Both the position numbers and the translations under genes were made by a program. DNA of 64,000 nucleotides, taken from Nemertoderma westbladi (taxonomy: Eukaryota > Animalia > Xenacoelomorpha). The notes below the pieces were generated by a model that was not told where the DNA came from, ran no database searches, and worked only from the letters and a program-made list of their open reading frames with translations. This document shows positions 37,601 through 48,976 of the stretch, piece after piece. Position 1 is the first letter of the stretch, and every line of letters starts with the position of its first letter. The stretch lies in NCBI GenBank assembly GCA_032718475.1, contig JAUCBJ010005891.1, positions 13,587-77,586 of the forward strand, written 5' to 3'.

Positions 37601-40600
37601 TACCTTCGGGTAGCAGATAGGAGTAGCGCCACCCATACCCTCGGGTAGCAGATAGGAGTAGCGCCCACCCCTACCTTCGGGTAGCAGATAGGAGTAGCGC
37701 CCACCCCTACCTTCGGGTAGCAGATAGGAGTAGCGCCCACCCCTACCCTCGGGTAGCAGATAGGAGTAGCGCCCACCCCTACCTTCGGGTAGCAGATAGG
37801 AGTAGCGCCCACCCCTACCTTCGGGTAGCAGATAGGAGTAGCGCCCACCCCTACCCTCGCGTAGCAGATAGGAGTAGCGCCCACCCCTACCTTCGGGTAG
37901 CAGATAGGAGTAGCGCCCACCCCTACCTTCGGGTAGCAGATAGGAGTAGCGCCCACCCCTACCCTCGCGTAGCAGATAGGAGTAGCGCCCACCCCTACCT
38001 TAGCGTAGCAGATAGGAGTAGCACCCACCCCTACCCTCGGGTAGCAGATAGGAGTAGCGCCCACCCATACCCTCGGGTAGCAGATAGGAGTAGCACCCAC
38101 CCCTACCTTCGGGTAGCAGATAGGAGTAGCGCCCACCCCTACCCTCGGGAAGCAGATAGGAGTAGCGCCCACCCATACCTTCGGGTAGCAGATAGGAGTA
38201 GCGCCCACCCCTACCTTCGGGTAGCAGATAGGAGTAGCGCCCACCCCTATCCTCGGGTAGCAGATAGGAGTAGCGCCCACCCCTATACCTTTTGGTAGCA
38301 GATAGGAGTAGCGCCCACCCCTATCCTCGGGTAGCAGATAGGAGTAGCGCCCACCCCTACCTTCGTGTATCAGATAGGAGTAGCGCCCACCCCTACCTTC
38401 GGGTAGCAGATAGGAGTAGCGCCCACCCCTACCTTAGCGTGTAGCAGATAGGAGTAGCGCCCACCCCTACCTTCGGGTAGCAGATAGGAGTAGCGCCCAC
38501 CCCATACCTTCGGGTAGCAGATAGGAGTAGCGCCCACCCCTACCTTCGGGTAGCAGATAGGAGTAGCGCCCACCCCTATCCTCGGGTAGCAGATAGGAGT
38601 AGCGCCCACCCCTATACCTTTTGGTAGCAGATAGGAGTAGCGCCCACCCCTATCCTCGGGTAGCAGATAGGAGTAGCGCCCACCCCTACCTTCGTGTATC
38701 AGATAGGAGTAGCGCCCACCCCTACCTTCGGGTAGCAGATAGGAGTAGCGCCTACCCCTATACCTTCGTGTAGCAGATAGAGTAGCGCCCACCCACTACC
38801 TTCGAGTAGCAGATAGGAGTAGCGCCCACCCCTACCTTCGGGTAGCAGATAGGAGTAGCACCCACCCCTACCTTCGGGTAGCAGATAGGAGTAGCGCCCA
38901 CCCCTACCTTCGGGTAGCAGATAGGAGTAGCGCCCACCCCTATCCTCGGGTAGCAGATAGGAGTAGCGCCCACCCCGACCTTCGAGTAGCAGATAGGAGT
39001 AGCGCCCACCCCTATACCTTTTGGTAGCAGATAGGAGTAGCGCCCACCCCTAACTTCGAGTAGCAGATAGGAGTAGCGCCTACCCCTTTACCTTCGTGTA
39101 GCAGATAGAGTAGCGCCCACCCCTATCCTCGGGTAGCAGATAGGAGTAGCGCCCACCCCTACCCTCGTGTAGCAGATAGGAGTAGCGCCCACCCCTACCC
39201 TCGGGTAGCAGATAGGAGTAGCGCCCACCCCTACCTTAGCGTAGCAGATAGGAGTAGCGCCCACCCCTACCCTCGGGTAGCAGATAGGATTAGCGCCCAC
39301 CCATACCCTCGGGTAGCAGATAGGAGTAGCACCCACCCCTACCTTCGGGTAGCAGATAGGAGTAGCGCCCACCCCTACCCTCGGGAAGCAGATAGGAGTA
39401 GCGCCCACTCATACCTTCGGGTAGCAGATAGGAGTAGCGCCCACCCCTACCTTCGGGTAGCAGATAGGAGTAGCGCCCACCCCTATCCTCGGGTAGCAGA
39501 TAGGAGTAGCGCCCACCCCTATACCTTTTGGTAGCAGATAGGAGTAGCGCCCACCCCTATCCTCGGGTAGCAGATAGGAGTAGCGCCCACCCCTACCTTC
39601 GTGTATCAGATAGGAGTAGCGCCCACCCCTACCTTCGAGTAGCAGATAGGAGTAGCGCCCACCCCTATACCTTTTGGTAGCAGATAGGAGTAGCGCCCAC
39701 CCCTACCTTCGAGTAGCAGATAGGAGTAGCGCCTACCCCTATACCTTCGTGTAGCAGATAGAGTAGCGCCCACCCCTACCTTCGGGTAGCAGATAGGAGT
39801 AGCACCCACCCCTTCCTTCGGGTAGCAGATAGGAGTAGCGCCCACCCCTACCTTCGGGTAGCAGATAGGAGTAGCGCCCACCCCTACTTTCGGGTAGCAG
39901 ATAGGAGTAGCGCCCAACCCTACCTTCGGGTAGCAGATAGGAGTAGCGCCCACCCCTACCTTCGGGTAGCAGATAGGAGTAGCGCCCACCCCTACCTTCG
40001 AGTAGCAGATAGGAGTAGCGCCCACCCCTACCTTAGCGTAGCAGATAGGAGTAGCGCCCACCCCTACTTTCGGGTAGCAGATAGGAGTAGCGCCCAACCC
40101 TACCTTCGGGTAGCAGATAGGAGTAGCGCCCACCCCTACCTTCGGGTAGCAGATAGGAGAAGCGCCCACCCCTACCTTCGGGTATCAGATAGGAGTAGCG
40201 CCCACCCCTACCTTCGGGTAGCAGATAGGAGTAGCGCCCACCCCTACTTTCGGGTAGCAGATAGGAGTAGCGCCCAACCCTACCTTCGGGTAGCAGATAG
40301 GAGTAGCGCCCACCCCTACCTTCGGGTAGCAGATAGGAGTAGCGCCCACCCCTACCTTCGAGTAGCAGATAGGAGTAGCGCCCACCCCTACCTTAGCGTA
40401 GCAGATAGGAGTAGCACCCACCCCTACCTTCGTGTATCAGATAGGAGTAGCGCCCATCCCTACCTTCGGGTAGCAGATAGGAGTAGCGCCCACCCCTACC
40501 TTCGGGTAGCAGATAGGAGTAGCGCCCACCCCTACTTTCGGGTAGCAGATAGGTGTAGCGCCCACCCCTACCTTCGGGTAGCAGATAGGAGTAGCGCCCA

Positions 40601-43600
40601 CCCATAACTTCGAGTAGCAGATAGGAGTAGCTCCCACCCCTACCTTCGGGTAGCAGATAGGAGTAGCGCCCACCCCTACCTTCGGGTAGCAGATAAGAGT
40701 AACGCCCACCCCTACCTTCGGGTAGCAGATAGGAGTAGCGCCCACCCCTACCTTCGGGTAGCAGATAGGAGTAGCGCCCACCCCTACCTTCGGGTAGCAG
40801 ATAGGAGTAGCGCCCACCCCTACCTTCGGGTAGCAGATAAGAGTAACGCCCACCCCTACCTTCGGGTAGCAGATAGGAGTAGCGCCCAACCCTACCTTCG
40901 GGTTGCAGATAGGAGTAGCGCCACCCATACCCTCGGGTAGCAGATAGGAGTAGCGCCCACCCCTACCCTCGGGTAGCAGATAGGAGTAGCGCCCAACCCT
41001 ACCTTCGGGTAGCAGATAAGAGTAACGCCCACCCCTACCTTCGGGTAGCAGATAGGAGTAGCGCCCAACCCTACCTTCGGGTTGCAGATAGGAGTAGCGC
41101 CACCCATACCCTCGGGTAGCAGATAGGAGTAGCGCCCACCCCTACCTTCGGGTAGCAGATAGGAGTAGCGCCCACCCCTACCTTCGGGTAGCAGATAAGA
41201 GTAACGCCCACCCCTACCTTCGGGTAGCAGATAGGAGTAGCGCCCAACCCTACCTTCGGGTTGCAGATAGGAGTAGCGCCACCCATACCCTCGGGTAGCA
41301 GATAGGAGTAGCGCCCACCCCTACCCTCGGGTAGCAGATAAGAGTAACGCCCACCCCTACCTTCGGGTAGCAGATAGGAGTAGCGCCCAACCCTACCTTC
41401 GGGTTGCAGATAGGAGTAGCGCCACCCATACCCTCGGGTAGCAGATAGGAGTAACGCCCACCCCTACCTTCGGGTAGCAGATAGGAGTAGCACCCACCCC
41501 TACCCTCGGGTAGCAGATAGGAGTAGCGCCCACCCCTACCTTCGGGTAGCAGATAGGAGTAGCGCCCAACCCTACCTTCGGGTTGCAGATAGGAGTAGCG
41601 CCACCCCTACCTTCGGGTAGCAGATAAGAGTAACGCCCACCCCTACCTTCGGGTAGCAGATAGGAGTAGCGCCCAACCCTACCTTCGGGTTGCAGATAGG
41701 AGTAGCGCCACCCCTACCTTCGGGTAGCAGATAAGAGTAACGCCCACCCCTACCTTCGGGTAGCAGATAGGAGTAGCACCCACCCCTACCCTCGGGTAGC
41801 AGATAGGAGTAGCGCCCACCCCTACCCTCGGGTAGCAGATAGGAGTAGCGCCCAACCCTACCTTCGGGTAGCAGATAAGAGTAACGCCCACCCCTACCTT
41901 CGGGTAGCAGATAGGAGTAGCGCCCAACCCTACCTTCGGGTTGCAGATAGGAGTAGCGCCACCCATACCCTCGGGTAGCAGATAGGAGTAGCGCCCACCC
42001 CTACCTTCGGGTAGCAGATAGGAGTAGCGCCCACCCCTACCTTCGGGTAGCAGATAAGAGTAACGCCCACCCCTACCTTCGGGTAGCAGATAGGAGTAGC
42101 GCCCAACCCTACCTTCGGGTTGCAGATAGGAGTAGCGCCACCCATACCCTCGGGTAGCAGATAGGAGTAGCGCCCACCCCTACCCTCGGGTAGCAGATAA
42201 GAGTAACGCCCACCCCTACCTTCGGGTAGCAGATAGGAGTAGCGCCCAACCCTACCTTCGGGTTGCAGATAGGAGTAGCGCCACCCATACCCTCGGGTAG
42301 CAGATAGGAGTAGCGCCCACCCCTACCTTCGGGTAGCAGATAGGAGTAGCGCCCACCCCTACCTTCGGGTAGCAGATAGGAGTAGCTCCCACCCCTACCC
42401 TCGGGTAGCAGATAGGAGTAGCGCCCACCCCTACCTTCGGGTAGCAGATAGGAGTAGCTCCCACCCCTACCCTCGGGTAGCAGATAGGAGTAGCTCCCAC
42501 CCCTACCCTCGGGTAGCAGATAGGAGTAGCGCCACCCATACCCTCGGGTAGCAGATAGGAGTAGCACCCACCCCTACCTTCGGGTAGCAGATAGGAGTAG
42601 CTCCCACCCCTACCCTCGGGTAGCAGATAGGAGTAGCTCCCACCCCTACCCTCGGGTAGCAGATAGGAGTAGCGCCACCCATACCCTCGGGTAGCAGATA
42701 GGAGTAGCACCCACCCCTACCTTCGGGTAGCAGATAGGAGTAGCGCCCACCCCTACCCTTGGGAAGCAGATAGGAGTAGCGCCCACCCATACCTTCGGGT
42801 AGCAGATAGGAGTAGCGCCCACCCCTACCTTCGGGTAGCAGATAGGAGTAGCGCCCACCCATACCCTCGGGTAGCAGATAGGAGTAGCACCCACCCCTAC
42901 CTTCGGGTAGCAGATAGGAGTAGCGCCCACCCCTACCCTCGGGAAGCAGATAGGAGTAGCGCCCACCCATACCTTCGGGTAGCAGATAGGAGTAGCGCCC
43001 ACCCCTACCTTCGGGTAGCAGATAGGAGTAGCGCCCACCCCTATCCTCGGGTAGCAGATAGGAGTAGCGCCCACCCCTATACCTTTTGGTAGCAGATAGG
43101 AGTAGCGCCCACCCCTATCCTCGGGTAGCAGATAGGAGTAGCGCCCACCCCTACCTTCGTGTATCAGATAGGAGTAGCGCCCACCCCTACCTTCGAGTAG
43201 CAGATAGGAGTAGCGCCCACCCCTATACCTTTTGGTAGCAGATAGGAGTAGCGCCCACCCCTACCTTCGAGTAGCAGATAGGAGTAGCGCCTACCCCTAT
43301 ACCTTCGTGTAGCAGATAGAGTAGCGCCCACCCCTACCTTCGGGTAGCAGATAGGAGTAGCACCCACCCCTTCCTTCGGGTAGCAGATAGGAGTAGCGCC
43401 CACCCCTACCTTCGGGTAGCAGATAGGAGTAGCGCCCACCCCTATCCTCGGGTAGCAGATAGGAGTAGCGCCCACCCCTACCTTTTGGTAGCAGATAGGA
43501 GTAGCGCCCACCCCGACCTTCGAGTAGCAGATAGGAGTAGCGCCCACCCCTATACCTTTTGGTAGCAGATAGGAGTAGCGCCCACCCCTACCCTCGGGTA

Positions 43601-43710
43601 GCAGATAGGAGTAGCGCCCACCCCTACCTTTTGGTAGCAGATAGGAGTAGCGCCCACCCCTACCCTCGGGTAGCAGATAGGAGTAGCGCCCACCCCTACC
43701 TTCGGGTAGT
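34640..43710. repeat. 36-bp satellite, about 250 units, about 9 kb, intronic
   Basis: CAGATAGGAGTAGCGCCCACCCCTACCTTCGGGTAG; all ORFs here are repeat artefacts. Confidence 0.97.
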
Positions 43711-44034
43711 CCTCCATGTGTTAAACTACCCTGTGTCATGATAGCTGTTGTCTCTAGATCTACTATTGCGGTATAAAAAAGACAGTCACACAGCGTCAGA
43801 CTACGGAAATGAATGTAAACGTGTCATTTTCAAATTGGCTACGACATTATGACATGTGACTGTAAATATCAGTTTGACAATTACACTTTGACTTAATGAC
43901 ATGTCTAAATGTCAATTTGAAAATGATATTTTTACATTCACCGAACATTTCGAAAATGTTATATTATAGTGTTATAGACAGTCGTAGTATTATTATATTA
44001 ATAAAGTACAGGTGCTGGGTTTATTATCTCTTGT

Positions 44035-44238
44035 GTATTATTCAACTCACTCGTGCTGCTCGTTCGCTTGAATAGTCACAATCGAGTATTATTCAACTCA
44101 CTCGTGCTGCTCGTTCGCTTGAATAGTCACAATCGAGTATTATTCAACTCACTCGTGCTGCTCGTTCGCTTGAATAGTCACAATCGAGTATTATTCAACT
44201 CACTCGTGCTGCTCGTTCGCTTGAATAGTCACAATCGA
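44035..44238. repeat. 51-bp tandem repeat (4 units) with internal TATTCAA...TTGAATA hairpin
   Basis: GTATTATTCAACTCACTCGTGCTGCTCGTTCGCTTGAATAGTCACAATCGA. Confidence 0.9.
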
Positions 44239-44320
44239 ACCAGCCTAAATACTTTTGTATTCAATATCAAGTCGGTGTGAAATACGGCGTTAAATAAAGT
44301 AAATAGCGATTAAATCTTCT

Positions 44321-44419
44321 ACCGCCCTGGTTGCTCAGTGGTCTTAGGACACACACTCGGCTGATGATAACCGGAAGTTTGAAACCTAGGTACCGCGTTC
44401 GAGCCCCAATAGGGGCGGT
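44321..44419 (+). ncRNA. tRNA-like element with a hammerhead-like motif between the A and B boxes
   Basis: ACCGCCCT...GGGGCGGT terminal stem; A box TTGCTCAGTGG; B box GTTCGAGCC; CGG-CUGAUGA-UAAC(CGGAA)GUUU-GAAA-CCUAGG-UA-CCG. Confidence 0.55.
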
Positions 44420-44742
44420 TGATATTTTTCGCTATGGAGAGCATTATCATAATGTACTATAACATATATATTTATTCGCCGTCACCCACCCCACAACAAT
44501 TCATTTATAATAAAGTAAATTCCATGCTTTAGGCTACATGATACCGACTGATTTTTTGCGATATTATTTCAGTTTAGTTTAGTGGTAGTGGTACAGTATT
44601 ACAAGCTTAAGCTGAGGTTTAACTCATGCGTTCTGCCCAAGGTCAAGCGTCAAGTTATGCCTAAACTTTAGTTATATTTTGGTTACAATGAACTGATAGT
44701 CTGCTTTACTAACATTGATTAAACCTTTCTGCTCTGCTTTAG

Positions 44743-44945
44743 GTTTACGACCAAATAACCGAGTGCGGGATTGAGTTGAATAAAATCGTAAAAACGTTCC
44801 AGAACGTTGGCGCCAATGTCATGCAGTCAGGCTGTCTGCTTAACGACAACGAAATGTTACCAGTAGACAAACTCGATGATTTTCTGTCTAAAGCCGTAGC
44901 ATTGGTGTACCAAGACAAGCGTGATAAACCAATGGATATGATACG
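44743..44945 (+). CDS. DCTN1: DCTN1 exon
   Basis: tttag|VYDQITECGIELNKIVKTFQNVG...KAVALVYQDKRDKPMDMI-cg|gttagc; phase 2 joins 45940. Confidence 0.88.
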
Positions 44946-45448
44946 GTTAGCTTAGCTTATTAACCAATGGATATGATACGGTTAGCTTAGCTTATTAACC
45001 AATGGATATGATACGGTTAGCTTAGCTTATTAACCAATGGATATGATACGGTTAGCTTAGCTTATTAACCAATGGATATGATACGGTTAGCTTAGCTTAT
45101 TAACCAATGGATATGATACGGTTAGCTTAGCTTATTAACCAATGGATATGATACGGTTAGCTTAGCTTATTAACCAATGGATATGATACGGTTAGCTTAG
45201 ATTATTAACCAATGGATATGATACGGTTAGCTTAGCTTATTAACCAATGGATATGATACGGTTAGCTTAGCTTATTAACCAATGGATATGATACGGTTAG
45301 CTTAGCTTATTAACCAATGGATATGATACGGTTAGCTTAGCTTATTAACCAATGGATATGATACGGTTAGCTTAGCTTATTAACCAATGGATATGATACG
45401 GTTAGCTTAGCTTATTAACCAATGGATATGATACGGTTAGCTTAGCTT
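44927..45448 (+). repeat. 35-bp tandem repeat (about 15 units) spanning the exon end and 5' splice site
   Basis: AACCAATGGATATGATACG|GTTAGCTTAGCTTATT. Confidence 0.95.
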
Positions 45449-45939
45449 CATTATAGAAAAACTAGCCGTAGTCGGCATGCATTGCAGCTGTTTTTAGCAT
45501 GTGATGGTGGTCTCAATACCGGTTTAGCGACAAAATTGCGCCGCGACTACTCCCTATCCCTATCCCACAAAATTATTGAGCTCTTCTCGACGTGTCCCCG
45601 GAATGCCAATGTAAATATTGCTCCCAACCATGTAGTTACCGTTTTCATCTACTCCAAGGTCCTTTATGCCCCCCGCTCACTCAACTGGCTACATCTTAAT
45701 CACATATTTTGTAGACATTTTCACGTGTAAACAATTAATTAAATTTTCCTTAATATCATGATATTCAGATCCACGAGATCCATTATTATGTTTATATATC
45801 CTTAAATACATATTAATTAAATACTTATTATTACCGTCCCCGATGCGTCTGCCGCGAATGGGGGACGGGGGTGCACACTTTTAAAAAGTTAATATGAACT
45901 AACTTCTTTACATTGAGTATAATATTACGCCCCCTACAG

Positions 45940-46162
45940 GAAGTCATTTGTATCGATTACCAACACAATGAATTCTCTCTGCACCGCTATGCAGGAGGGT
46001 GAGTTCGATTTCGATGGATCGGTAGTACAACTTCCTCTCCCGCCGGTGCTACAACGGGCGGCCGCCGTAAAGGCGGACATCTGTGACACAGAGGGGGTCG
46101 GCCTAAAGTTACAGCAGAGGGAGGCCGACCTGAAAGAGCTTCGGAAGTCTATTAGACTGAAG
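45940..46162 (+). CDS. DCTN1: DCTN1 exon
   Basis: KSFVSITNTMNSLCTAMQEGEFD...PPVLQRAAAVKADICDTEGVGLKL...KELRKSIRLK|gtgagt. Confidence 0.95.
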
Positions 46163-46584
46163 GTGAGTGGGCTGGGTGTAATCATCAGTATCCTGTGCAA
46201 CTAACTTTGTACAAGATGAGATTTAATCCCATGGTTATGGGTTCGATACTCCGATACCAAACTGGAACTTACATACGTTTTTTCTATAAAAAAATAAAGT
46301 TGTAGGATTCTCAGTTCACAATGACCAAGGAAAAATATCTTATTGTCGCTACGACGATGGATTTGTGTAGGAAATAAACTAGGCAACAGTTGGAATTTAA
46401 TCACATTCACCAGGTTACAAATAGATGCGTATTCTACTATAAAAGTAGAACCTATATATAATCTACTTTTATGCGTGGGCGTACTTAGGAAAACACATAC
46501 GAATTTTGAAAGAAATTTATAATTATCTGCATCCCGGAGCTACAAACAGCGAGCAGAGCCATTCTATTCGTTCTATTTATTTAG

Positions 46585-46727
46585 GATGAAGACTTCAGCC
46601 AGGTTAAGATTAAGATGAGTATGATAGAGAAGAAAGCGGAGAACATGACGAAAGAGAACGAAGATAGGTTGGCCAAGATGAAGAAGGAGGTGGATAACGC
46701 AGACGATGTGTTGGATGCGAAACAGAA
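46585..46727 (+). CDS. DCTN1: DCTN1 exon
   Basis: ttag|DEDFSQVKIKMSMIEKKAEN...VLDAKQ-aa|gttagt; coiled coil. Confidence 0.9.
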
Positions 46728-46928
46728 GTTAGTGGGTCGGGTGTTTGTTAAGTAGAAATAATATAAGAGTCGACGGTTGATTACAACATGTCCTGGAATA
46801 CAGTGTATTAATTCTACAAATCTTAAGATATTAATTTGATACATAGAGAGTTTCACCCCTGGATTTTCATTTTTGCTTGAATCTTTAGCTACAAGCGTTT
46901 TTAAAATCTGTCTCTGTCGATATTGCAC

Positions 46929-47555
46929 CATTTATTATAAGAAGGGATCTAGGGGTCTTAACCTCGAATGATAAGTTTATTTTACCGAAAATAACTTATC
47001 TTTTATTGGCGCAATTGTAGGACTAATCCCATCACATGCGTACTTTTTAACCAGGTAGTGTACAAATTTAGGAATCGCGTAATTTTTCTTGAAATTAATA
47101 TCTCATATCTCTCCAAACCACGTACGCGTTTCGACCGTACTGTGTCTCATCAGCGTGGAAGCCGAGACTACAACCACTAGGCCACAGGTTCTTGAGATAT
47201 GGAGTATTAATTTCAAAGACAGCTGCCATTTTATTAGCCCTGATTTTTTATTATTGATGGTAACAATGTGTTGGCAAGCTGTATTTTTCGAGATGTTTGT
47301 TATACATTTATTATAAGAAGGGATCTAGGGGTCTTAACCTCGAATGATAAGTTTATTTTACCGAAAATAACTTATCTTTTATTGGCGCAATTGTAGGACT
47401 AATCCCATCACATGCGTACTTTTTAACCGGGTAGTGTACAAATTTAGGAATCGCGTAATCTTTCTTGAAATTAATATGAAGCCTTCTTATAATAAATGTA
47501 TAATAACAAACACCTCGATAAATACACCTTGCCAACACATTGTTACTATCAATAA
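46929..47555 (-). mobile_element. Retrozyme-like or PLE-mobilised non-autonomous element (376-bp unit, partial tandem plus terminal inversion)
   Basis: Direct repeat 46929-47101 = 47305-47477; about 47482-47555 is an inverted copy of about 47252-47321; contains a canonical hammerhead. Confidence 0.7.
47118..47158 (-). ncRNA. Minimal type I hammerhead ribozyme
   Basis: Minus strand CCACG-CUGAUGA-GAC(ACAGUACG)GUC-GAAA-CGCG-UA-CGUGG: intact core, 5-bp stem I, G-C-closed stem II, palindromic stem III ACGCGU. Confidence 0.85.
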
Positions 47556-47871
47556 TGCACCAGACGTACTGCAGTTATTCTTCAACTATTAGACTATTAG
47601 AAAGCTGGCTATGCAAGATCTGATTTTCGTGGAAAAATAGATCGTTGTAATATCAGTGGAGACACTGACACACCTAGTAAGGAAGAGGGAGGTGAATCCT
47701 GTTTACTAGTTCAAATTTGGGGGGTTGGGGGGGGGGGGGGGGGGGGGGGTTAAAAAATATAAATGTTGTAATTCCTTTTTATTTGTAATTTCATCAGCCT
47801 ATCTCAGGAAATGTTCGTTTTAACGATGTATTTGTTCCGTATATACATTGATTGTATGTTTTCATCCGCAG

Positions 47872-48279
47872 GGCTTTCGAACGCACCCTGGAATCGATGC
47901 AGGCGGATATCGTATCTTTGGAGCGCGAGAAACAGGAACTGCGAACCAAACTCTCCAACATGTCTAAGAAGACTTTGTTGGAAGGCCTTGCGCGGCACTC
48001 CGGGATGTCCCCGGCCGTCTCCGCGGGCTCTAAGAGCTCCATCGGGTCGCTGTTCCCGTTGCCCCCGGGGGACGTCGTCACGGTTCGGGACTCCCCGATG
48101 CTGCTCCAACAGCTGGAGGCCACCCAGCTGGCGTTGGGCCGGGTGCGGGGAGAGGTCGCACAGCTGAAGGGCCGCGGATTGGTGGAGGTACTGAAGGGAT
48201 TAGCGCCGCTGTCAGTGCCCAACAAACCTTCGGGTTACGGGACCGGGTACGGGGCCGTTCGGTTGCCATCGCTACCAAG
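47872..48279 (+). CDS. DCTN1: DCTN1 exon
   Basis: AFERTLESMQADIVSLEREKQELRTKLSNMSKKTLLEGL...VRDSPMLLQQL...LAPLSVP|gtgagt. Confidence 0.94.
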
Positions 48280-48541
48280 GTGAGTAAACAATGCTCAGTG
48301 TAGCTCATTGTGCAGAGCGGTGGGCTTCCAATCGTAAATTGTAAAATCGTAAAATTGTACAATCGTAAAATCGGATTATTGCAGGATGTTTTTGTGATAT
48401 TTTTTTTATATGGTTAAATGTTATGCAACACGGCAAAATATCTTAATTTCGGTCTCTTGAATCGACCAACGATAATAATATCTTCTACTTTTTTTATCGA
48501 ATATTTCTTATTAAATAATATTTTACTTAAATTATTTTTAG

Positions 48542-48647
48542 TTTGTCTTCAGTGGATGAATCTGGGACGCCCTCTGGCGGTAGTTTGCGTAGAAAGGAAG
48601 GCGACGAATTGCTGCGACTAATGAAGCAGGCAAACATATTGGATTTA
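48542..48647 (+). CDS. DCTN1: DCTN1 exon
   Basis: tttag|t-LSSVDESGTPSGGSLRRKEGDELLRLMKQANILDL|gttagt; phases fit both neighbours. Confidence 0.75.
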
Positions 48648-48835
48648 GTTAGTTTATTCTAAAATATAATTCGCTAAAATAAAACAATATATATACGTTG
48701 GAGGGTAAATATAAAATAAATAATCAACTCATTTTAATGGTTAATTTTTAATGAAGTTCCTACCGATTTCATTATTTCATTATTAGTATTTTAATGTTAT
48801 TTGTTTCCATGGTTACACGCAATATTGTTTCTCAG

Positions 48836-48976
48836 GAAATCCAACGCCTTATGGCGACACGTCATGTGGTCGATATAACCGGAAGTAAGTCTGGAATGGT
48901 TGCCCCGACAACGATGGCGGGTCCCAGGAGACAGGAAATGGAGAGAGAAGAACATTTACAGCGGGTCTCTAGGAAG
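48836..48976 (+). CDS. DCTN1: DCTN1 exon
   Basis: ctcag|EIQRLMATRHVVDITGSK...HLQRVSRK|gttagt; HVVDIT motif of p150. Confidence 0.9.

Noticed and set aside
34614-43741. Numerous long repetitive ORFs (YLRVADRSSAHP, GATPICYPKVGV)
   Set aside because: Translations of a 36-bp satellite in several frames inside a DCTN1 intron, with frequent 1-2 nt indels
48627-48635. Possible GC-AG donor CAG|GCAAAC in DCTN1
   Set aside because: An in-frame canonical TTA|GTTAGT donor 18 nt downstream gives a gap-free fit to the recalled p150 sequence
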